Shown one piece after another: positions 1 through 12,519 of a stretch of 64,000 nucleotides of DNA (position 1 is its first letter; every line of letters begins with the position of its first letter). A model generated the notes under the pieces. That model did not search any database and was not told where the DNA came from. It worked only from the letters and a program-made list of their open reading frames with translations. Both the position numbers and the translations under genes were made by a program. The DNA is from Octopus sinensis. Lineage: Eukaryota. The stretch lies in the NCBI RefSeq assembly GCF_006345805.1, contig NC_043000.1:141608001-141672000 (forward strand), written 5' to 3'.

Positions 1-390
1 CAATTATTTGGATGAGATTTTTCCTTAGAAGAGAGCTAATGTAAGACTCAAAAATATTGATTTCGTGATAATTAATGCTTGTTACTTCGCTGATTTTTTT
101 TACAGAAATCCTGTTGATCAATATTTCGAGAATTACGATATTATTTAGATAAAAAGAGAGGCAATTGATATTTAAACATGGCCTTACATATAATAACAAC
201 AAATTCAAGTGGCTGTTCCCTAAGCTCCAGATTGTTAACCAATAATAACGTATGAGTGTAATGTGCATACCATCAAGTCAACCCGATCATTGGTTTACTG
301 CGAAACAATTCAAGTTTCTACACCTCCAGCACATAAATTTCGTCCATAACCCAGCTACACACAATTTTATTTCCTCTGACTTTATATATA

Positions 391-559
391 GGCGTAGGAG
401 TGGCTGTGGCTGTGTGGTAAGTAGCTTGCTTACCAACCACATGTTCCGGGTTCAGTCCCTGCGTGGCACCTTGGGCAAGTGTTTTCTACTATAGCCTCAG
501 GCTGACCAAAGCCTTGTGGTGGACTTGGTAGACGGAAACTGAAAGACGCCCGTCGTATA

Positions 560-606
<47 letters not shown>

Positions 607-619
607 CATATATAAATAT

Positions 620-665
<46 letters not shown>

Positions 666-1065
666 CACAATATATATATATAATACATAATATATATAAC
701 CCATATATATATTATATATATTATATATATATATATATTATATATATATATATATATATATGTGAGGCGCAATGGCCTAATGGTTAGAGCAGCGGACTCG
801 CGGTCGCAGGATCGCGGTTTCGATTCTCAGACCGGGCGTTGTGATTGTTTATTGAGCGAAAAACACCTAAAAGCTCCACGAGGCTCCGGGGGGGGGGTGA
901 TCCCTGCTGTACTCTTTCACCACTCTTTCTTTCACTCTTCCTTCTGTTGGCCTGCTCGCTTAGCCAGCGGGGTGGCGCCATTCGAAGGCTAAGAAAACAA
1001 TGCAAACGCATTGTGACCAGCGATGTGTAACATCTGATGGTCTGGTCGGTCACGTGATCACGTGA

Positions 1066-1101
<36 letters not shown>

Positions 1102-1303
1102 TTGTGTTCCTGTGTTTGTCCCCCCAACATCGCTTGACAACCGATGATGGTACGTTTATGTCCCCGTAATTTAATGGTTCGGCAATAGAGACCGATAGAA
1201 TAAGTACTAGGCTTACAAAGAATAAGTCCTGGGGTCGATTTGCTCAACTATAGGCGGTGCTCCAGCATGACCACAGTCAAATGACTGAAACAAGTAAAAG
1301 AGT
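391..1303 (+). mobile_element. tRNA-derived SINE family A with expanded internal (TA)n/(TG)n tract and a nested SINE
   Basis: Head GGCGTAGGAGTGGCTGTG..GGTAAG with B-box-like GGTTCAGTCCC; internal microsatellite; 3' half GTTTGTCCCCCCAACATCGCTTGACAACCGATG...TCCAGCATGACCACAGTCAAATGACTGAAACAAGTAAAAGAG. Both halves are contiguous in intact copies at 55431 and 48213. Possibly one of the described octopus SINE families (assignment unverified). Confidence 0.85.
762..1065 (+). mobile_element. tRNA-derived SINE family C, tail type 1, nested in SINE A microsatellite
   Basis: A-box TGGCCTAATGGTTAG, B-box GGTTTCGATTC; first ~190 nt match the copies at 19167 and 52628, then a different 3' tail ending CACGTGATCACGTGA. 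Confidence 0.8.
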
Positions 1304-1420
1304 ATATATAAAAAATTTAAAAATATATACGTATATAAAATTTTCAACTTAGCTTGAAAAACTCCTGCTAATGTAGCAGAAAAATGTAAATGAAAGAAAA
1401 TCTATTTTTGTGGCTAAAGA

Positions 1421-1850
1421 CGCTGAGCTGGCAGAATTGTTAGCACGCCGGGCAAAAACATGTTTCATTAAAGTAGACACTGCCTAATAACAAATGTCAT
1501 CTTGAATCAATGAAACGTTTCCTATGTCGCGTATTACGCTTACATTTCTTTTAGTAAGCTTTACACGTTTAGAGTTCAAATATCATCAGAGGTCTGCATT
1601 GCATTTCATCGTTTCGGCATCGATGGAATAAGTACCACTTGTGCACTGGGCTTGATATAGTTGACTATATCCTCCCCGAAATTTCAAGTCTTGTGCCTAA
1701 TGTTGAAAGGAATATTACAATGGCTAAATGCTAGCAGAATTGGTACTGCACCGCGAAAATACTTAGTGGCATTTCGTCCATCTACTTTCTGAATTCAAAT
1801 TCCCTGGACATTGCTGGCCTGGTACCAAATTTTGAATCTACTTTTACTAA
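1421..1850 (+). mobile_element. Decayed SINE family B fragments (two to three partial copies)
   Basis: GCTGAGCTGGCAGAATTGTTAGCACGCCGGGC head; GAGTTCAAAT..TTTCATCGTTTCGG..AATAAGTACC; tail CCCCGAAATTTCAAGTCTTGTGCC resembling 19001, 47382 and 25338. Confidence 0.6.
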
Positions 1851-2159
1851 GAAGGGAAGAAATATTGATGCAATTGAGCGCTGGTGCATAATATGGCATA
1901 TCAGAAATAACTGAGAAATCACATTCATATCACAACTAGCCTTAACATTTATCTGACATATTTTTATGACTGGAAGCTAAAGCTTAACTTAAATCCTATT
2001 CGCTTACAAAAGACACAAGGAGATATGTAAGTGAATTCCAAAATACAGTAAGTCACAGAATTAGATGAACTGATAACAAGTACAGAAAAAAACTAAGCGT
2101 ATGAAAGTCCTAGCTAAAAATACTGCTTTAAATATTCTTACTCATACATAGCAAGCAAA

Positions 2160-2390
2160 ATCATTCAATCACAAATACCCAAAGAAAGCTAAAAATGCTG
2201 ATACTGACAAAGCTCTTACATATCAATTCTAAGCGTCTTCTGGCTTAAAGTAAGAAACAGAAGGGTTTATATTAGCAGCTACGATCAATGCCAATCTACA
2301 AGAAGCTACCAGGCTAACATCTTAATGGACGGCAATAGCCTAACATGTCGTGTATGTAAACAACCTGAGTGAAACTATCAATAAATTGGA
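2160..2390 (+). mobile_element. R4/Dong-clade LINE fragment (pre-knuckle and CCHC region), degraded
   Basis: Nucleotide match to 40645-40870 (AATACCCAAAG..TCTGGCTTAAA..GAAACAGAAGGGTTTAT..ACATGTCGTGTATG); encodes decayed ETEGFILAAxDQC..TCRVC. Confidence 0.75.
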
Positions 2391-2419
2391 AAGGTCAGTG
2401 CAGCTTTTGGAAACATTTA

Positions 2420-2780
2420 TGATCAGCTGTCGAATGCCGATGATGTTCATAAGGACAGAAACTGAGATGCCCTAACAACTCTTTTGCATGGAACCTTATC
2501 GTAGGCACGTTGGTCAACCTAACAACTTTTACTTGAGATGTCTCTGACAAATACGCAAAGTTGAGTGGAATGATAGAGTGAAGAGTAGCACTATCCTGGA
2601 AATGTGTGGAAAATCTGGTCCAGATGATTTCTTCATCAAGTCTCAAATGCGATGGTGTTACCACATCTTTCGCATGAATTGTGGTTGAATGCCAAAGCAA
2701 ATCTTTTGCGGTAAGCTAATAAATTCATGAGGTAATATGGGGCGGGCATTTCTACCACATGACGACAAATTAAAAGGTAA
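2420..2780 (+). mobile_element. RTE-clade LINE C-terminal fragment, degraded
   Basis: Manual translation across stops gives YRRHVGQPNNFYLRCL*QIRKVEWNDRVKSSTILEMCG..SQMRWCYHIFRM..MPKQIFCGKL, matching the RTE/BovB-type post-RT motif (QLRWAGHVVRM..LPKxLFYGEL). Confidence 0.6.
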
Positions 2781-3204
2781 TTAGTAAAGTCTGAGTATTA
2801 GGCAAAACACATTGAGAATCTTGTGAGAAACTATGCTGAATCGAGGATCGATCGCCTTCCCTAGCTTCAAAATTTCGGAACTCAAAGAGTTGGCCATCAA
2901 GAGTAGATACGGAAAAAAAAAAAGGAAAACAAACCAATATAAAACGGTTCCCCACAACGCTATTGTCCACCTTGTGATTTCTCAGATAAATTTCGTGCTG
3001 GATTAATAAATCATGCGCATGCTCGTATCCATATTGCTTTTGGTTGCCTGAGGACTCACATCAGGTGAACTGAACGAATTGTAAACATTGGTGAATGGTT
3101 CTAATAGTAACGTGTGTGTGTTGCTGTTTGTTTGGTTGTTGTTTTTTCTGCTTTCTCACCGAACACTTGTATGTCGTCTTCGATGGAAGTGTCCACAATG
3201 TATA

Positions 3205-3252
<48 letters not shown>

Positions 3253-3341
3253 CGTGTGTGTGTGTGTGAGTGTGTGTGCGTGTCTGTGTCTATCTATCTA
3301 TCTATCTATATATATATATATATATAATTATATATATATAT

Positions 3342-3679
3342 AAGGGTAAAGACCCCCTTCGGTCATGAATGACCATGGGATTGCACCTAGAAAGTTACCC
3401 TCCTAGACACAAGTCCGGGCAAGGTTTTTTATGGAAGACCAGCGTCGCCCATGCATACCGGCCTCCCCTCTCCAGGCAACCAGTGTTATCCAAGGGAAAG
3501 ACAAAGGTCGATACAGCTGGCACCAGTGATCGTCGCAACTCATTCCTACAGTGAGTGAATGGAGCAACGTGAAATTAAAGGGCATTGCTCAAGAACACAA
3601 CACGCAGCCCGGTCCGGGATTCGAACTCACAAACTCACGATCGTAAGCTCGACGCTCTACCACTGAGCCAGCGCCTTCA
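3342..3679 (-). mobile_element. tRNA-derived SINE family D (~340 bp)
   Basis: Minus strand GGCGCTGGCTCAGTGGTAGAGCGTCGAGC..GAGTTCGAATCCCGG (clear A and B boxes), then GTGTTGTGTTCTTGAGCAA central motif; flanked by TA repeats. Confidence 0.8.
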
Positions 3680-3750
3680 AATATTATGTTATATATATAT
3701 TATATATATATATATTATATATATATATATAATATATATAGAATATATAT

Positions 3751-3792
<42 letters not shown>

Positions 3793-3903
3793 ATATATAT
3801 ATAACGGGAAGCTTTATGAAAATAAACAAAAGACGAAGGCAGGTGGAAAACAAACGAACAATTGTATTAGTATGGCGCTCAGGAAATATAAATAAAAAAC
3901 AAG

Positions 3904-3941
3904 TCTTTAACGTTTCGAGCCTACGCTCTTCAACAGAAAGA
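3904..3941 (-). ncRNA. Minimal type I hammerhead ribozyme, variant core CUGUUGA
   Basis: TCTTT-CTGTTGA-A-GAGC(GTAG)GCTC-GAAAC-GTT-AAAGA: 5-bp stem I, 4-bp stem II, palindromic AACGTT stem III. Confidence 0.7.
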
Positions 3942-4161
3942 TACACAGAGAGAGAAAAACACAGAAAGAAGGAGAGAAAAAAATGCGTGCAGTAGCTAAC
4001 GAATCAACATGGCGATCTGATTTCGGCCAGAGGTCAAAGATCAAACATGAGACGCGAGAGCGAAATAAGGGAAGAGATAATAGGGTTGAGGGACCAGCTA
4101 AAAGTGCGTGGGAGGGGTCTGGATGTGTGTATGTATAGGGTTGGTGTATGTATTTATGTAT

Positions 4162-4198
<37 letters not shown>

Positions 4199-4794
4199 GA
4201 GAGTATTAGTGCGTAGGATTGGTCTGGACGTGCGTATGTATGGGGTTGGTGTATGTATTAGTATGTATTAGTATGTATTAGTACGTATTGGTATGTATAG
4301 GTGTGTGTGTGTGTGTGAGAGAGTATAAGTGCGTATGCGGGGTCTGGACGTGTGTATGTATAGGGTTGGTGTAAGTATTAGTATGTACTAGTATGTATTA
4401 GTACGTATTAGTATGTATTAGTTGGTGTGTGTGTATTAGTATGGCACATCATATGTGATGTGATGTGTAAAGTCATGTGGTGTAGTGAGGAGAGAAGAGG
4501 GGGAAGGGAGAAGAGGGGGAGAGAAGGGGAGGGGAAGAGAGGGGGGAGGAGACGGGGGAAGGGAGAGGATGGGGGAGAGAAGGAAGGGGAGTAGGGGGAT
4601 GAAGGGGGAAGGGAAAGAGGAGAGGGGGAGAGAGAAGGGGAGAGAGAGGGAGGGAGGGGCAGAGGGAAGGAGAGAGGGAGGGAGAAAGGGGAAGGGAGAA
4701 GGGGTGTGAAAGGATGAAGGACTGAAGAAGTAGGGGTCGGGGGGGAAAGGATAGGTGAGGAGGGGGGAGAGGGGGTTAGATGAGGAGGGGGGAG

Positions 4795-7710
4795 AGTTGT
4801 TGAGACCAAATGGCGTATAAGAGCGAAGAGAGAAGATTAATTCCTGTTCACGGCGCAAACGGGAATCCGGATGGCCTCTGTGTAAGGACAAACCGAACAC
4901 AGATAGGTGTTGCAAGGAGTGACCGGTGGAGCGGAAATGGCGTGAGACCGGTGGTGTCGTTCGCAAGGTGGATGTCACGAAGGTTGTCCGCGAACCGGTC
5001 AGCCAAGCGACGCGTCCCGTTTGTCCGATGTACAAGGAATTGCAGAGAGAGCAAGAGATGCAATAGATAATATTGCTGGAGGTGCAGGTGAAGGAGTGGA
5101 TGATGGGATAGGGTCGATGGTGGGTGCTAGTGAGGCGGGTGGTGTTGGAGAGGTAAGGGCAAGTGCGGCAACGTGGCGGGAGCAGGGGAACGAGCCGGGT
5201 TGGGAGGTAGGGTCAGGGAAGGAGCTATGGACCAAAAGGTCTCGAAGGTTGTGGGCTCGTTTGAAAGAGGGGAGGGGTCGGTTAGGGAAGAGGTGTGAAG
5301 TGGACGGGTCGGACTGGAGATGACGGAAAGCTCGAAGAATGATGCGTTGGAGACGTAGGGTCGTGGGTGGTAGTGAGGGGAAAAGGGAGGCGGGAGACTA
5401 CAGGGCGGGTTCGGGGAGAGAGAGCAGATACACGGTCCACGGACCGTGCTCTGGCAAGGGCGGTGTGGATAGTGGTGAGGGGGTATCCACGTAGGGTGAA
5501 GTGGTGAGCCATACGTTGAGACTGAGTCTCAAAGTCATGGTCGTCACTACAGAGCCTACGTAGACGGAGGAATTGGGAATAGGGGATGGAAAGCTTGGTG
5601 TGTTCTGGGTGGGAGGAGAGGAGTTGAGGTATGAGTGTGAGTCTGTGTGTTTGTAGTGAATGGAGGTGGTAAGAGTGGAGTGAAGAATGCTAACCGAAAT
5701 GTCGAGGAAGGAGACAGAGGTGTTGGAGATAGTGGAAGTGAAGTGGAGGGCTGGATGGAAAGATTGGACGAAAGAGAGGAAGGAATCTAGATGTTCGCGG
5801 GAGAGTGAGGTGGCACCGATAATGTCGTCAATATAACGACCATATAGTTCAGGAGTGGGACCAGTGAAATTAGAGAATATTTGGGCCTCAACATAGCCAA
5901 CGAACAGGTTCGCATAGTTGGGGCCCATTCGCGTTCCCATGGCCACTCCCGAGACCTGATGGTAGAACTCGCCCGCGAACGAGAAGCAGTTCAGAGTAAG
6001 GACAAGTTCGGCCAGACGAATGAGTGTGGAAGTGTCAGGTACAGGGTTAGAGCGGAGGTCAAGAAAGTGTCGAAGGGCCTGCAGTCCTTCGTGGTGAGGT
6101 ATAACAGTATAGAGGCTTTGGATGTCCATAGTAAAAAGGATTTTGGAGGAGCCGGGAGGAAAGGAGAAAGAGTTGAAAAGCCGGAGAGCATGGTTGGTAT
6201 CGTGGATGTGGGAGGGAAGAGATGCCACTAGGGGGGCAAGGACACGGTCGAGGTATTTAGAGATGAGCTCCGTGGGGCAGTTACAGGCGGAGACGATGGG
6301 GCGGCCAGGGTTGTTGGGTTTGTGGATTTTGGGGAGGAAGTAAATGGTGGGGGTACGTGGGGTTCGCACAATTAGGTTGGATGCGGTGCGGGGGAGACGG
6401 GAGGACGAGATGAGGTCTTGGACAGTAGAGGATACCGTCTGTTGGTAGCTACGTGTGGGGTTAGAGGGCAGAGGGGAATAGAAGGAGGTGTCATTGAGTG
6501 GCGGATGGCGGAAAGCCTCGGCCCTATAGAGGTCCGCGCGCCACACCACTACAGCTCCACCCTTGTCAGCCGGTTGATGATAATGTCAGCGCGCCGTTGG
6601 AGGGAACGAAGAGCCAAGAGCTCAGCCGGGGAGATGTTGAGGCGGCGTTGGCGCCTGGAGAAGTTGAACCGCTCCAATGCACGCTGACAGCGCCCGCGAA
6701 AAGATCCACTGCTAGGATCTGGCCAGGGGCAGGCGTCCACGGGGATGGTCGGCGGCCCAGGCCAGTGAAGCAGTCGTCCTCTTCGTTGGGTGTGGGTGGC
6801 GAGTCGTGGTAATGCGCACCCAACCGGACACGGCGCACAAAGCTGTGGACATCAACTCGCGTCTGGAATTCCTTACAGGATGGAGTGAGGGGGTGAAACG
6901 CAGACCCCTACCAAGGACGGAGCGTTCAGCCGCAGAGAGGGGAAGATCGGGGGGAATGGTAACAACAGACGGAAGTGGAGAAGGGTGGGTGGAATAGAAG
7001 TAGGAGGGGTTGTAGGTCTCGTGGTGGTCTGAGGGGGAGGGATTGGGGAGGTGTGTGGGGGGTGGTTGGGCGGGGGCAGTAGGGTTAGGTGTAGGTGGAT
7101 GGAGCCTAACGGGAGGGGAGAAGGGGTTGTAGGGAGGGGCAGTGGGGTTAGGTGTGGGGTGGATGGAGCCTATCGGGAGGGGAGAAGGGTGGTGGAGGAG
7201 TTGGGGGGTAGTGGCGTCGGGTAGGGTGGAATGGAAGAGTGATTGGAGTTTACGAAGTTTGGTATCAGAAAGAAATTGATGGAAGAGTTGATTCAAATGG
7301 ATAATGAAGCGGCGCGTAGCGTGTTTGGAGCATAGAGAGGCGGCAGAGAGGAGAAGAAGGTGGAGAAAGCAGGAGGAAGAAGGCGGTTGATGCATGTAGT
7401 TTGGAGAGATTGGAGCGAATGGTGGCCCGCATAAGGCGGTAAGATGTGGTGCGGAGTATGGGTAAGATGGAAGAATCCGAGTGTGGAGAGCAGGGTGGAA
7501 GTGGAGGCGGAAACCTTTAGGGATGAGTCGGTGATGTAGGCAGCGGCTTAGGAAAGAGACATGGCTAGAGAAGCGGGTTTTTTAAAAAAGAAGTAGAGAG
7601 AGATTAACGGACGGATGAAGGCAATATACAGGAAGCGAACGTAGATGATCCTTCAAACGGTGATGGAGGGTGAGGAGGTAGGACCTAGGATCGGGAATGA
7701 TGGGATAGCG
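4795..7710 (-). pseudogene. PLE polyprotein ORF (RT + GIY-YIG endonuclease), broken by several frameshifts
   Basis: Joins ORF-track segments 7582-7827, 6712-7395, 6549-6740, 5398-6549, 5282-5512, 4999-5235, 4848-5063 and 4436-5035. Confidence 0.88.
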
Positions 7711-8275
7711 GAAAAAAACGTTCGAAAAAACAAAAAAAAAAAACAAAAAACAAAAATTATCGTATGAAAAAAATAGATAAAAAGGATAGCGAAAAAAGGG
7801 GAAAAAACAAACGTTCAAAAAAAACAAATAAATAATAATCGTATGAAAAAACTAGATAAGTAAGCGATAGGGGCAGAAAAGACGGGGCAAACGGAAAAGG
7901 GAAAGAAAGAAGGGAAGCAGAGAGAGTGGGAGGCAAAAAAAGGGGGTGCAGGCAGAGGAAACGGAGTATGGACATCCAGAGAGGGAAGAAAGACGGAAAG
8001 GAGAACAAAAATTCAGGAAAATGTGGAAAGCATGAAATGAATGTAAAAAAAGTGGTAATATAAGAGAAAATAAAAATACAACAAACGGGACAGTTTATGC
8101 GAACAAGTTCAAGGTTGAAAGTTCAAGGTGAGAAATGTGTAGACGTCGTGGTATATTTTTTAAGGATTTCACATCAATGCAAAGTCACTTTGATCCGCGA
8201 AAGAGAGGTTCAGCCAATGGTAAGTATCCAAGGGTAAAGAAAATCCAATAGATATAATATATATAATATATTATA

Positions 8276-8315
<40 letters not shown>

Positions 8316-8437
8316 TAATAATTTATATAGATGTATATATATATTAAATTATATATATATATATATAATTTACAAGATAAGAGCAGAAGAAATATTCTAA
8401 TGCCAGATACGCCGAAACAAAAATTGTCGATAACCAT

Positions 8438-8529
<92 letters not shown>

Positions 8530-8619
8530 TATATATAATATATATATATATATTTATATATAATATTATATTATATATATTTATATATATATATATATAT
8601 AATATATATATATATATAT

Positions 8620-9020
8620 CTCTTTTTACTCTTTTACTCTTCTACTGTTTCAGTCATTTGACACCGCGGTCATGCTGGAGCACACGCCTTTAATCGAGCC
8701 AACTCGACCCCGGGACTTATTTTTTGTAAGCCCAGTACTTATTCTATCGGTCTCTTTTGCCGAACCGCTAAGTGACGGGGACATAAACACACCAGCATTG
8801 GTTGTCAAGCAATGCTAGGGGGGCCAAACACAGACACACAAACACACACACGCATATATATATACATATATATATTTCCGTCTACCAAATCAACTCACAA
8901 GGTTTTGTTCGGCCCGAAGCTATAGTAGAAGACACTTGCCCAAGGTTCCACGCAGTGGGACTGAACCCGGAACCATGTGATTGGTAAACAAGCTACTTAC
9001 CACACAGCCACTCCTGCGCC
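8620..9020 (-). mobile_element. SINE family A, near complete
   Basis: Reverse complement of head GGCGCAGGAGTGGCTGTGTGG through tail TGACTGAAACAGTAGAAGAGTAAAAGAG. Confidence 0.85.
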
Positions 9021-9614
9021 TATATATATATATTCATATATGCATATATGTATGTATAAGTATGTATATATTTGAGAGAAGAAAAGAATGACTTGATTGG
9101 TAGTTCTAATCAATTTACTATCTTAATAATATAGATATATAGTTTAGTTTGTATATCTTGTAAGTTCTTTGATAACTTCGGTGGGAAGATTCTTAAAGAT
9201 TCCTTGTTAACTTTTCTGGAGAATTTTCTCGCATTCGTCGGTGGCGATTGTCAGACTGACCTCAGGTTTTGTTGTGTGATTCTATATATAAGACATTTTG
9301 GAGTGTCTGGCGGAGGTGGGGGTTTGTTAATGAGTGTAAGATTGAATGAGTGTTGATGAAAAAGAGGTGAAAAGAAAATAGTGAATGGTAAAAGCAAGAT
9401 AATTGATTGAGAGTGGAGCTGGGGGGAGAGGAGATTTGTAAAGAGTGTTTTATGAAGAGCTTGTGAAAGTTCTCTCCCGCTGGTTCCATTTGAATTGTTG
9501 ACCTTTGGTGAAAAATATAATGGTCAGATGTTTATCAAATTCTTTTCTTATGGCTGAAAGAACTATCTTAATTTAATAAAGAGAAGCTTCAGTTGTATAT
9601 GTATGTGTGTATTT

Positions 9615-9650
<36 letters not shown>

Positions 9651-9654
<4 letters not shown>

Positions 9655-9803
9655 ACGGGCTTCTTTTAGTTTCCATCTACCAAATTCACTTACAAGGTTT
9701 AGGTCGGCCCGAGGCTATAGTAGAAGATACTTGCCCAAGGTGCCAAGCAGTGGGACTGAACTCAATAAAGTGTGGTTAGGAAGCAAGCTTCTTACCACAC
9801 TGC
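9651..9803 (-). mobile_element. SINE family A 5' half
   Basis: Matches head through GAAGCCCGTC; ends at the internal microsatellite. Confidence 0.75.
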
Positions 9804-9810
9804 TGCGTTT

Positions 9811-9854
<44 letters not shown>

Positions 9855-9920
9855 TTCTCTTTCTTTCTCTCTCTCTCTCTCTTTCTATTTCTCTCTTTCT
9901 CTTTCTTTCTCTCTCTCTCT

Positions 9921-9967
<47 letters not shown>

Positions 9968-11059
9968 TATATATATATACATATATATATATGTGCATGT
10001 ATACACACTCACACACACACAAACATATATGTATGTATGTATGTATATGTGTGTATGTGTGTGTGTGTGTGTGTGTGTGTACAGCAGAAAAGAAACCCAT
10101 ATTCATTAAGCTTGATACGTTTTGATATGAATTTCAATTAATCTTTCGAGCTGTGCTATTCAACGATGAAGAAATATTCTTCTACTTCACCGGTTCCAGG
10201 CTCCGTTTTCCGTTTTCCGATTCACGGCACTATAATACAACGGTTTTCTCTTTATTTCCAAACAGACTTGTCCGCTTCAATATCATCTATAGTCTTCTAC
10301 TATAACAGATATACTTGTCTTACGAAAGCCTCATTGAGATTGCACGTTTGCACATATAACTATACACACGTATATATATATATATATATATATATAGAAA
10401 AAGTATTCCTCCTTCAAACGAAAAACCACCTTCTCTTTCTCACAGACACGCAAGAAAGTGCATATATACAATGTCACACTGATATAAGCGCGTATTTGCC
10501 CACATATAACACACTGCATGAACACGGACGAAATCACACACATACTTTGTACTTTTATACGAGCAACTTACCGGCACATATGCACCTTATATATGAGAAT
10601 GCGTTAAAGCTTTCACATATGAACGTGTGTTGGAAGTTTGTGTGTGTGTGTGTGTTTTGCAAGTGGGCAGGTGGCTATGTATGCGTGTGATGATCAGAGA
10701 GACGGAAGAAAGGGAAAAGTAAGTCAACAGACAAATAGAAAATCAGAAATTAATAAGAAATAAAATTGTGTGTCAGACCGAAAAAGCATATCTTCTAAAA
10801 TGGGAGGAGATTATGACAAGGAATGACATTCACACGGAGAATCAAGGAAGGAGAAACATAGACATGAGAGAGAGAGAGAGAGAGAGAGTGAGTGAAAGAG
10901 AGAGAAGGGGAGACAGACAAGGGAGACGATAGAGACTATGGAATATGGAATGATGGAAAATGTAAATCCGGTGGAAATGATAGAATGGGAACACAACTGA
11001 GGCAATAAGGATTAATTGCAACTAAGACACAATGAATACGACGGATAAAAAATTATATT

Positions 11060-11808
11060 GACGATATTGATAACGACAACGACGATGATGGAGAAAAAGA
11101 AGAAAAAGAAAAAAATAGAAGAAGAAGAAAAGAGAAAGAAGAAGAAAATGGAGAAGAGAAGAAGGAGAAAAGGAGAAAGAAGAAGAAGAAGAAGAGAAGT
11201 AGAAGAAGAAGAAGAAGAAGAAGAAGAAGAATACGAAGAAGAAGAAAATAGAGGAGAGGAGGAATGAGAAAAGGAGAAGAAGAAGAAGTAAAAGAAGAAA
11301 TAGAAGAAGAAGAAGACAAAGAAGAAGAAGAAGAAGAAGAAGAAAATGGAGGAGAGGAAGAAGGAGAAAAAGGAGAAGGAAAATGAGAAGTAGAAGAAGA
11401 AGATGAAGAAGAAGAAGGAGGAGGAGGAGGATGAGAAGGAGGAGAAAATGAACAAGAAGATCAAGAAGAAGAAGAAGAAGAAGAAGAAGAAGGAGAAAGA
11501 GAAGGAGAAGAAGTAGAAGAAAAAGAAGATGAGGATGATGATGAAGAAGAAGAAGAAGAAAGAAAAAGATGAGGCATCAATGATGATAGCTATGTTGATG
11601 ACGACGAGAGTGATGGTGACGATGAGGAATCTGATTGGACAAGGAAGTTAGTGAGGGCGATGATAATTATAATGATGATGTTAGAGATGAAGACGGGTTT
11701 GAACGCATGCAAAAAAGAAAGAAGTTGCATTATAACATGCAGTCGTACAATGAATGGTATTGAATGGTATTAAAGCTAGCATGAATATTAAAGAATCAAG
11801 AATGACGG

Positions 11809-11852
<44 letters not shown>

Positions 11853-11890
11853 ATGATGATGATGATGATGATGACGATGACGACGACGAT
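11060..11890. repeat. Compound (GAA)n/(GAG)n/(GAT)n trinucleotide tract
   Basis: Directly visible imperfect trinucleotide repeats. Confidence 0.95.
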
Positions 11891-12445
11891 GGCGTCGATA
11901 TCCATTATGAAGATCGTGAAAATATGGGGGGAGCGTGAATTGTCATAGAACAAGATGCGAAGAAGCTGAAAGTGAGGGGGTAAAACAATGAAGAGAAGTA
12001 AAAGAGGAGAGAATATTAAGGAAAGAGATGAGGAGGTAGGATAAGGCAGGAGATGTTTATAAATCTGGGTGCACAGAACCCGATAAAAAAGACGGTTGAG
12101 TGAAGAATTTATTCTGGCAAATAAACTGTCATGAAACATAGCCAGATGAGTTGGTGAAACGGAAATGTGAATCTAAGCTGTCAAAGACGATAAATAATCA
12201 GTGGTCGGTTTTTAAATAAGCCGTTTCTGATCACGATAGAGTTATAACCACATATTCACCATAATTATAATGGGCATCATTAGCAAATGTCTGTATGTGT
12301 TCATGCATTTGTATATCTATATGTATATACTTATAATTCGTAATTTTTCTCACAGTCTCTTGAAGCAGTTTCATCTCAGTAAGTCTGAGTGGACTATGAG
12401 ACATATATATACATATATGATACATATATATATACATATATACTA

Positions 12446-12519
<74 letters not shown>

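Larger units (their letters stand above)
3804..8252 (-). mobile_element. Penelope-like retroelement (Neptune-like), near full length, inserted in (TA)n
   Basis: N-terminal SHVSFLSRCLHHRLIPKGF motif, RT (LPKIHK, RPIVS, MDIQSLYT, GVAMGTRMGPNYANLF, RYIDD, FLDI), Cys-rich linker GSFPCS, GIY-YIG (YIGQTGRRLADRF..PVSRHF..REQELI..FGLN), pyrimidine-rich 3' UTR and terminal hammerhead; (TA)n on both flanks. Confidence 0.93.

Noticed and set aside
3600-3679. tRNA-like sequences (also heads at 391, 762, 19167, 25490, 52940, 55431)
   Set aside because: They have A/B boxes but no complete cloverleaf or acceptor stem and run into repeat bodies; SINE heads, not tRNA genes.
9130-9600. Complex non-microsatellite block with strand-biased composition
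   Set aside because: Possibly a decayed retroelement, but no diagnostic motif in any frame.
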